From the NCBI GenBank assembly GCA_951406725.2, contig OX597826.1, positions 22,382,001-22,446,000 of the forward strand: a DNA stretch of 64,000 nucleotides, given 5' to 3'. Source of the stretch: Octopus vulgaris. Lineage: Eukaryota. Positions 54,770-64,000 of the stretch are shown in pieces. Every line of letters begins with the position of its first letter. Position 1 is the first letter of the stretch. Position numbers and translations under genes: made by a program. The notes under the pieces were generated by a model, which made no database searches, had not been told where the DNA came from, and saw only the letters and a list, made by a program, of their open reading frames with translations.

Positions 54770-55605
54770 ATACAAAATAAGAACATGGAGGAATACACTT
54801 TAATCAATCATCAACTACCAGATAATACCCATTCACATAATTTATTAACCAACAACATAGGAACATCCATATCAAACACAATAATACAGGACAAAACAGT
54901 ACACATGCAACATGTGTACTGTGATACCATAAATACAATACCTATAAATAAATATAAATATAAACTAGATCTTACAGCTGTTTCAGCCATATTATTATTA
55001 TTATGTATATATATGTAGGTGCATGTGTATATTATGTATATGTACTTATTCTTGTATATGTGTACATTCTCTAATATTCATATTTGAATTGTACTTTATA
55101 ATCTCTGAAGAGGCCTTGGGATATATATGTAAGTATCTCATTTATAACCACATATTACCTTAACACACCTGGCTAATATGAGCATAATGAGATACTATTA
55201 TCTACATGGCTGAAACATGAGCTACTATTATCTACATGGCTGATCTAGTTTATATTTATATTTATTTATACGTATTGTACTTATGGTATCACAGTACACA
55301 TGTTGCATGTGTACTGTTTTGTCCTGTATTATTGTGTTTGATATGGATGTTCCTATGTAGTTGGTTAATAAATTGTTTGAATGGGTATTATCTGGTAGTT
55401 GATGATTGATTAAAGTGTATTCCTCCATTTTCTTATTTTGTATTATGAATTTTACCTTCGCCAATATAATACAATAAATGAATTAATTGCATTGCAATTC
55501 TTAGCATTTATGTATTAGCATTTCTGGGTGCTTTACTGGCAGTATATTGGATATATGTTATCCCATAGAGGGTTACACTCACAACCCCTATCTCACTTTG
55601 TAATT
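54770..55605. mobile_element. Family D-related PLE-type element, inverted pair
   Basis: 54770-54990 is the reverse complement of ~55240-55445. Confidence 0.75.
55101..55216 (+). ncRNA. Hammerhead motif with ~100 nt hairpin stem II (3' end disrupted in this copy)
   Basis: ATCT CTGAAGA GGCC...AGTATCTCATT/AATGAGATACT, CATATTA/TAATATG...GGCT GAAAC. The intact 3' half GAAAC AGCT GTA|AGAT is seen on the minus strand at 53705-53720 and 54968-54983. Confidence 0.6.
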
Positions 55606-55615
55606 ATATATATAC

Positions 55616-55658
<43 letters not shown>

Positions 55659-55759
55659 TATATATTTATTTTCTTAGAAATTTTACATGTTTTGGTTCTT
55701 GAAAACCAATCAAAAATATTTTTAAAAGTTAAGTGTAATAAAAAAAGTTCATAATTGTT

Positions 55760-56085
55760 CCTTGAAGATGCTGCAGAAGTTTCTCACCACCATGCTGTAA
55801 CAACTCCGCATGTATGCATTCCATACCCGGAGATTTCCCATTATTCATCCTTGAGACAACCACTGCAACTTCTTCCAACTTTGGTGGTTCTGCGAGTGCT
55901 GCCTTCACAGGGATTATCCAGAGATGAGATTGAGAACATCCTCGCTAACTACAGACTGCTGATTCAAAAGTTCATCAGTGTTCTTGCCCCCTTTGCAGAA
56001 TTCCTTGTGAATCACAAAGTTCTTAACCATCCTTGCTTCAAAGTGGTGTCATCAGAGAAGACGGTCCATAAACTTCTTGCAAGAG
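55760..56085 (-). mobile_element. RTE-type LINE fragment
   Basis: EPPKLEEVAVVVSRMNNGKSPGMECIHAELLQHGGEKLL (RT N-terminal region). Confidence 0.85.
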
Positions 56086-56269
56086 ACCATACACACACAT
56101 GTATATACGTTCAGCAAAATTTAGATTCAAATGATTGTGATACTTAAATTAGATGCACCAGAATTTTGTACGGTGTTATCCATATAAATCCATGGGGTAT
56201 ATCTACCTTCTTTATAATGTTATCATTTAACATGAAAATAAGTATATGTATTGATGGAAAACCTCTATT

Positions 56270-56359
56270 AATGGCTGATGATTGCTCAACATTTTAAAAC
56301 TTTTGTAATACTTACAATGTTTAATAAAATGATGTAGCGTGAAACGACCGTAACAAATT
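56270..56359 (+). ncRNA. Hammerhead motif with ~60 nt hairpin stem II, decayed stem I
   Basis: CTGATGA TTGCT..CATTTTA AAAC TTGTAA/TTACAA GTTT TAAAATG..AGCGT GAAAC GACC GTA. Confidence 0.6.
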
Positions 56360-56429
56360 ACCGAAGATATTCTTGTTGCTTATTTTGAGTATATATACAC
56401 ACACACACGCATATATATATATATATATA

Positions 56430-56813
56430 CTAGCAGTATCGCCCGGCGTTGCTCGGGTTTGTAAGGGAAATAACTATATAAGCATTTTTAGAGATGTAAA
56501 GTATAATAGCCATCTCAATATGGCTAACCACAAGGGGGGGTGTTACTGTAGCTTTTTACGTTCTGAGATTTAATAATAAATTTTTAGAGAGTTACTTCCC
56601 TTATATATGCAAAAAATGCATCAAAAATGGGAAAAATTGATGGTAATTTTTTTTTTAAATTGTAGACACGCGCTAATACCCAGAAGGGCTCGATATGAAT
56701 CACGACTATAAGACACCCGGTTTTGGTTAAACAGCACCACAAAATGTGGGAGTAGTTAGGAATCTAAATCATAGGAGACAGACAGCACACAACCTCACTT
56801 TTATATATAAAGA
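56430..56813 (-). mobile_element. Non-autonomous Helitron
   Basis: Minus strand 5' TC, 3' CCCGAGC-AAC-GCCGGG hairpin + CTAG|T. Confidence 0.85.
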
Positions 56814-56858
56814 TATATATATATATATAATATATATATATATACATACGTGCGCACA

Positions 56859-57068
56859 CAAGGTGTCCCAGAAGTCGCGCACCATTCTGGTTTCCATTAA
56901 AAATAACTAAAGCATTTTATTTTATTATATTTTTTCTGCAGGTTTTATTGTAGAGCGTGCTCAGTTTTAGCATTTGTTATTAATTAATTTCACTAACGTG
57001 TTTTTGAAATCAGTAAGAATGTATTCTTTTAAAATACCAGGGTGGTACGCGACTTCTGGGACACCCTG
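56859..57068. mobile_element. Tc1/mariner-type MITE
   Basis: TIRs CA(A/G)GGTGTCCCAGAAGTCGCG, with TA at the right end. Confidence 0.85.
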
Positions 57069-57072
57069 TATA

Positions 57073-57104
<32 letters not shown>

Positions 57105-57174
57105 CATACAGAGAGAGCGAGAGATAGATACACACACACATATATATACATATACCAGAAGTAAATATATATAT

Positions 57175-57445
57175 AACAATTGCAGCGTGGAAGGTGTTTA
57201 TAAGCCTTTTAAGAAACACACAAAACCGTTAGATTCACTTCAACATTTAAATTTAATTTGTCAAAATATTTTTGCCGCTTTGAGACAGCGACCTGTTCAC
57301 TGACAAAGCTTTGTCAGTGAAGTGAATCTAACGGTTTTGTGTGTTTCTTAAATGGCTTATAAACACCTTCCACGCTGCAATTGTTTTTGTTCCAGCACAC
57401 GATCTCAGATCAAGTCACTTGCTATGCAAGTACATCTCCGTAATA
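57175..57445. mobile_element. Short fold-back PLE-type element
   Basis: 57176-57241 is inverted at 57319-57385, with a central palindrome TTCACTGACAAAGCTTTGTCAGTGAA. Confidence 0.75.
57257..57307 (-). ncRNA. Minimal type I hammerhead, G3-C8 variant (G12A in this copy)
   Basis: Minus strand: TTTGTCA GTGAACA GGTCGC-TGTCTCAAA-GCGGC AAAA ATAT TT|TGACAAA. 7-bp stem I, palindromic ATAT loop III. Confidence 0.65.
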
Positions 57446-57712
57446 TATATACATAGTCAACGTGCAAGAAGTCATTATACTCCCACACACACACACAAAA
57501 CGCCACCCTGTGTACTCTGCTTAGACTAGTAAGAAACAATTATGAACTTATTTATTACACTTAACTTTTAAAATTATTTTTGATAAGCTTTGTTTTTTCA
57601 AGAACGGAAACATGTAAAATCTCTAAGAAAATTAAAATTTATCTTATATAGTGGTGTTTTCAAACTTCTTTTTTATAAATATATACCCACCTATACTTTA
57701 TATATATATATA

Positions 57713-60700
57713 CTAGCAGAGATACCCGGCGTTGCCCGGTTACATTCAATTGAAGAATTAGACTTTTCTGATATATATATACATGGATACACACACACAC
57801 ACATATATATGTATATTAATATAAATACATGAAAGTACATCAAGTTTGTTAAAAAAAAGGGGATCATGTATATACCTCCTGGCTGTTGAGATTATAACAC
57901 CTCGTTGTAAACAATGTTCCTTGTTTTTCCTTGTGGAGAATATACAAAAAGGTTTCTTTTGGTTCCTACTCTTGAGCAGCTAACATACAGTTGCCCAAGA
58001 GAAGACCAGCTACAGAGAGGGTTTCACCCTGAGATATGTTAATGGACATGGCAAAGCTGACACGAAGGGGGAATTGCAGTCTTCTGAATGTAAATGGAAT
58101 TTCTGCTCCTGATGGAGTAAGAGGAAATCTTGGAATAAAGATGTCATCACCTTTTCCACATCCAGAAAGAATGATCGCCTCGATAATGTGTGACATCATT
58201 TTCTTTATCACCAGTCGTGTTCCATTGCAAAGTCTTGGTGGTTCCAGATTGCGGAGTAGCATTACAGGAGTTCCAACTTTAAGTGCTAATATGTGTGGAG
58301 GTAGTCCAGGAGGCTCCAGTGAATTGAGAAATTCAGGAGGATAGTTCACAACTTCATTTATATCTGGAATTGTATCAACAGACTTGTAAGTGTGTATAGT
58401 GCCGGGAAGAGAATGCATTAGCTGTTGATTAATTTTGTTAACAGCGACGTCTTTTGGAGCTAATATTGCTCTTTCACACAGCCAATTGTGATTTTGGTAG
58501 TTTTGTGTGAAGTTGGGACTTTGTTTTTGAGGTCATCTACAGAATTAACAACAGAGGAAAATGACCACATTCCGTTTGTCCTGCAGCATCGAGAGGCATC
58601 TTGCCTTCACCAAGTGTCAAAATGTCCTGTGCAAAATTTGTGGACATTTTGTCACTGTGTAGCTGAGCTCTCATGTTAGTGGTGAGACTGAGGATTGTAA
58701 CATGATGCCACAGGGTAAAGGACTTTAGGCATGCTTGGACTTCATCTGCTCTAGTGCCTTTCGGAATGACAGGAAGAGTTTGCCTGAAATCACCTGACAA
58801 CAGAAGCATTACACCTCCCATTGGAGCCTGACAGTCTCGGATGTCTTTCAGGGCTCTATCTAATGCTTCCAAAGCTCCCTTGTGAGCCATAGTGCACTCA
58901 TCCCAGACACATTTTAAGTACTTGTCCCTGATCTGAGCTTTTGTTGATGTTGCATGAATGCTGCTAAATTGAGAGGGAGTTTAAAAGTTGAGTGTGCTGT
59001 CCTGCCACCGGGTAACAAAGTAGCTGCAATGCCAGAGGAGGCTACAGCTACTGCAATGTCCTGATGCTGCTTAACTTCTGCAAGGAGAAGCTTTGTAATA
59101 AATGTTTTTCCTGTCCCTCCAAGAGCATCAAGGAAGAAGATTCGTCCCTTGCGTTGGCGTACACTGTTAAGAATAGTTCTGTAGGCCTGCAGCTGGTCCG
59201 GAAGTAATTTAGGCTAATTTTCAACAACGTACTTTGAAAGCGCTTGATTGTCGAAAACGAATGACAGCAGTGGGAAGGCTTCAATGTCAATGAGTGTTTT
59301 GTTATAGATTTCATTGCTGATACCCTCCATATCAGGATAGAGCAGTTTGAGCTTGGCGCTGAAAGTCTTCAGCCAGGTTGTCTCTATATTTGAGCCATAG
59401 AGTGGCTGGATCACACAGTTCGCATGCCTGTAGTAATACTGCAAATAGTGCCCTGAGACTTTTAGGTGATTGTGATAAAGCAGCCTCTCCTAAAGTTGCA
59501 TCCCATTGTGCACCATCATCTAACAGACCTTGTCGATAGGCTTCTCTGTATGTTGTGCAGACATGTCCATGAACGGTTTTTAGGACCTGGAAAGACGTTG
59601 GCCCTCTGACCTCATGCAGTAGTAGACGAAGGTAGAAGCACTCTTATTGAGTGGGATGCACTGTGTATACTCGCCCAAGGCAAGTGTGAAACTTAATGCC
59701 AGGGTATCCATGAACATTTTGACCTGCTTTCCGTGGGGCCCATTTTTTTTCATTCCAAGTGTAGTACAATGGAATCTGTGGATGTGGATACAGCAAGGTT
59801 TGAGCGAATGGATCCACTTGAAAAGCCTGAAGAATGCAGTGAGTGTGCTATCCCTTGGTTCCTCTGCCAACAGAGAAGCATTAGCATCGGTGAAGTACAC
59901 TCTTTGACTATTTTCCAGGTGCACTGCAAGCTGTTGAATGGCAGGGTATCGTTGGTGAATTGGAAAGTCAAAGATGCGCCAGAAAGCCTCGTTGCTACTT
60001 AAGTACCGTCCTACCTGATAATGCGTCACCTCATCCTGGCAGTATTCTTGTTGAAGTTCAAACATTGCAGCGTCAGAACCCTTGTTTACATATTTGCAAA
60101 CGTACTTGATGGATTTAACGGAGTTTCAAAACTCAACGTTGATGTGGGCATTGAAAGTCTTTGACAGGAGTGGGCAGTATGGAACAATCCATCTATTGAC
60201 CTGCTTTCCGTGGGGCCCATTTTTTTTCATTCCAATTGTAGTACAATGGAATCTGTGGATGTGGATACAGCAAGGTTTGAGCGAATGGATCCACTTGAAA
60301 AGCCTGAAGAATGCAGTGAGTGTGCTATCCCTTGGTTCCTCTGCCAACAGAGAAGCATTAGCATCGGTGAAGTACACTCTTTGACTATTTTCCAGGTGCA
60401 CTGCAAGCTGTTGAATGGCAGGGTATCGTTGGTGAATTGGAAAGTCAAAGATGCGCCAGAAAGCCTCGTTGCTACTTAAGTACCGTCCTACCTGATAATG
60501 CGTCACCTCATCCTGGCAGTATTCTTGTTGAAGTTCAAACATTGCAGCGTCAGAACCCTTGTTTACATATTTGCAAACGTACTTGATGGATTTAACGGAG
60601 TTTCAAAACTCAACGTTGATGTGGGCATTGAAAGTCTTTGACAGGAGTGGGCAGTATGGAACAATCCATCTATTATCAATATCGTGCTGTCCGATAGTTG

Positions 60701-61085
60701 CTGTGAAACCTCCGTCTTCTGGTTTTCTGCGTCTGTATGATGGATACCCATCAGCACCTGTTTGCGTCTCTTGTAGGAATCTCTTTGGAAATCTTTTTGA
60801 ACATATGCTGTCCCTCAAGCATGGTGTGTTTATGTTGAATCCACGCCCACATGGATCATGTACCATGTTTGCTTTAACTATTTCGTATAGTTCTTTGTCT
60901 AAAGCTGGATCAGGAAGCTCTGCAGAAATTATCTTGTCGATGTCATTGGAATTGATCTTCGCGGAGAGCCAAAGCAGGATATGAGCATGTGGAAGGCCCC
61001 TTTTTTGCCACTCGATTGTGTACATGTCACATTAAGACTTGCCCTTTTTGTATGAGCTCCATGAGAGAGATTAACTTCAGATGGA
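57713..61085 (-). mobile_element. Decayed autonomous-type Helitron (Rep HUH + PIF1-like helicase), 5'-truncated
   Basis: EWQKRGLPHAHILLW, KYVCKYVNKG, LDALGGTGKTF, SSGIAATLL, WDECTM, GDFRQTLPV, RLQFPLRVSFAMSIN; 3' hairpin + CTAG at 57713. Multiple frameshifts. Confidence 0.95.
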
Positions 61086-61328
61086 AAACTCGGGCGTTGA
61101 GATTCTGCCGAATATGTACGTATGCAAGTATATATATGTATGTATGCCTGTATATATGTACAAAATCTACAGCAGAAGACACATGCCAAGTCACCACACA
61201 GTCGGACTGAACCCAGGACCATGTGTTTAAAACGTAGTTTGTTACCACACAGCCACACCTGCCCCTATGTATGTGTGTGTGTGTGTGTGTGCATATGGGT
61301 AGATATATTATACATGTATATATGTGTA

Positions 61329-61952
61329 CTAGCAGTATCGCCCGGCGTTGCTCGGGTTTGTAAGGGAAATAACTATATAAGCATTTTTAGAGTTATAGCC
61401 AAAAAATAGCAAAAAATGCATTAAAAATGGAAAAAATATGATGGTAAATTTTTTTTAAAATCGTTGACTCATCGTAGACATTTTTAGAGAGTTACTTACC
61501 TTATATAATAGCGAAAAAATGCATTAAAATGGAAAAAAAACGATGGTAAATTTTTTTTTAAATCGTAGACTCATGTAGACGCTTTCTTAGCCATTTCTGT
61601 TTTGGTGTCTTCAAGCCATGAAGTCGTTGTTCTAAAAGAACGCTGGTCTCCTTGACAACGCATTACGACGTTGATTTCCTTACACTCCCTTCCCCACAGG
61701 TGCAGGTGTGAGCGTGGACGCCAACTCCGCCGCCATCGACACACGAAAAATTATGCATTAAAATGGAATAAAAAATGATGTTAAATTATTTTTAAAATCG
61801 TAGACGCGCGCTAATACTCAGATGGGCTCGATATGAATCACGACTATAAGCTACCCGAATTTGGTTAAACTGCACCGCAAAATGTGGGAGTAGTTAGGAA
61901 TCTAAATCGAAGGGGACAGACACTCACACAACTACAGTTTTATATATATAGA
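61329..61952 (-). mobile_element. Non-autonomous Helitron with internal subrepeats
   Basis: Same termini as 56430-56813. Confidence 0.85.
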
Positions 61953-61964
61953 TATACATAGCGC

Positions 61965-62560
61965 AGTAGTGGTGAGATGTGACAGCAAAGAAAAGCATAC
62001 ATTCACTCTCTGCATGCAATTAGACTCGGAAAGTTCGTGAGGAACCCATTGACCCAATTTGCTGACTTTTCCGATAGCACACAGGTCTCAATGAATGGTT
62101 GAATGACCAAATCCAAGCTTCTCTGCTAGTTCCTCAACAGTTACGATGATATTTTGTTCCACCAGGGTTTTCAGGATGTCCTTGTCGAGTTCTACAGATC
62201 TTTCAGGATGAGGCTCGTCTTCTAGGCTGTAGTTTATGGCTCGGAATTTCTGGAACCACCATTGACACTGCCTTACGCTTATTGTCCAATCCCCATATAC
62301 TGCATTAATATTTCTTGTACTTTCCGTTGCGTTGTTGTCTTTATTGAACTCATAAAGCAAAATATGCCAAATATGCTCCTTTGTTACTTCCAACATAGCT
62401 TTGAAAAAAATAGCTGTTAAAATCGAAATGCACTCTTCAAAACTTGCACTATGAATAAGGACAAGATAAAATTACTACCTGCTTTTATAGCAAGTTAATA
62501 TAAGTAGTTTATCCCATTCCCCTCTGACTTTTAGTTCAAGCTGTTGAAAAAACCGCATTA
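61965..62560 (-). mobile_element. Mariner transposon 5' fragment (HTH domain)
   Basis: ORF 62088-62396 HILLYEF...NINAVYG...WFQKFR...SLEDEP. Confidence 0.9.
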
Positions 62561-62679
62561 TTATATATATATACATACATACATATACACACACACTCTC
62601 TCTCTCACACACATGCACACATTTATATTCTGTTATTCTTTTATATGTTTCAGCCTTGAGGTTGTGGCCATGCTGGATC

Positions 62680-62965
62680 ATGTGTGTGTGTGTGTGTGTG
62701 TGTCTATCTGTCTGTCTGTCTGTATGTATATATGTATATGTATGTGTGTGAACAATAATATTTTCAACAGATGTGTTGCAAATGTATCTGATTGTTCTCA
62801 AGCTTCAATACTGTGTGTGTGTGTATGTGTGTGTGTGTGTATGTATGTATGTATATGTATGTATGTATATGTATGTATGTATGTGTGTGTGTATGTATGT
62901 ATGTGTGTGTATGTATGTATGTGTGTGTGTATGTGTGTATGTATGTATGTATGTATGAGTGTATG
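62680..62965. repeat. (TG)n/(TATG)n microsatellite
   Basis: Seen directly. Confidence 0.9.
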
Positions 62966-64000
62966 TTTACTTTATTACTAACACAAGCCACTACGGTTAT
63001 TTAATGTAAAGTCTTCCTCAAATCACTCTCTCTCGCTATTTACTCTCTTCCAAGAACATTTTCACTCACTCTTATGTCTTAGCTTCCCATACATTTTACT
63101 CATGTATCTATCAGCGTCATAGACAGAAACAAATATTACATCGCCATCGTCACCGCATTCTATTGTCTACCTGTCAACACACTGAATTACTTTCACTTTA
63201 TTTGTAGCACACTGTGTGTGTGCGTTTGCGTGTGCTGTAAACCAGACTAAGAAAAACATTTGACATACACACCAGAATGTGAGTTTTCTGTAAATTTTGC
63301 TTAATTGGAGTTTAAATTTTAAAAACTGGACCTGGCATGACCCGATGCATTCTACTCTTAAAAATGCTAGGTAAATTGTAATTGAAGAAATCCTATATTG
63401 TAGATTTCTATAAGATACAAAGGGAGGCAGATAAAATCTGCCTTTTATAATAAGAGATATATATGTGTACATATTACATGTACATCTATATATATACATC
63501 TACACATAAAATACAAAATACAAAGTTATATCTTGATATCGCTAGTGATAACAATACTCAAAATATATAACAGACTGGAATTGTAGGCCTGTCTCTTGCA
63601 ATTTCGATCAATTGGATCTTGTCCTCCCTCTTGTATAGAAGTGTACGGTTGCAGCAAAATTCAGTTTTGGACTTTCTTCTATCGAAGGCATTTTAACAAA
63701 AATGCTCCCGTAAAGACGGTGAAAATATTGTCAATTTCCCCAAACAGGGACAAGATTCAATTTTTAAACAATAAACAAAGCCCCTTCTCCCAAAGGGGGA
63801 GGGTTACGGTTTACAATTATTTAACAAATGCAACACAACAACGTTTCCCTGACGAGGAACCAACAAACGTCAAACAGTATTAATAATAACAACAAACCTT
63901 TTTAAGTTATCCCCATTTATGTGAAAACACTTATTCAAGTTCAAGTCATTGATGCAAGAAGACCATAGCGGATCTTCTTCTAGCAAAAAGGATGACCACT

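Noticed and set aside
55755-56147. 130-aa + strand ORF
   Set aside because: Antisense shadow of the RTE fragment.
63835-63875. CTGACGA near GTTTC
   Set aside because: The motifs are in incompatible order and strand for a hammerhead.

Overview
AT-rich, repeat-dominated eukaryotic genomic DNA. The SINE families, long (TA)n/(TG)n microsatellites and TE mix resemble an octopod cephalopod (Octopus-like); this comes from recognition, not a search. No intact protein-coding gene is visible, only one plausible host exon near 19.3 kb. The long ORFs in the track are microsatellite artefacts. Recognisable TE remnants include CR1-like and RTE-type LINEs, two Penelope-like (PLE) GIY-YIG endonuclease remnants, a Ty3/gypsy gag-protease remnant, a decayed Helitron (Rep + PIF1 helicase) with non-autonomous relatives, mariner/Tc1 fragments, piggyBac-type MITEs, many tRNA-derived SINEs, and a ~12 kb fold-back structure around an unidentified ~1.3-1.6 kb tandem array. 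The main signal is about 18 intact or decayed type I hammerhead ribozyme (HHR) motifs, read by eye on both strands, mostly in short PLE-type elements next to (TA)n. They include C3-G8, U3-A8 and G3-C8 core variants, a family fixed for A6U, families with 60-100 nt structured stem II insertions, and tandem HHR pairs 175-200 nt apart resembling retrozymes. None has been tested for cleavage, and all folds were worked out by hand.
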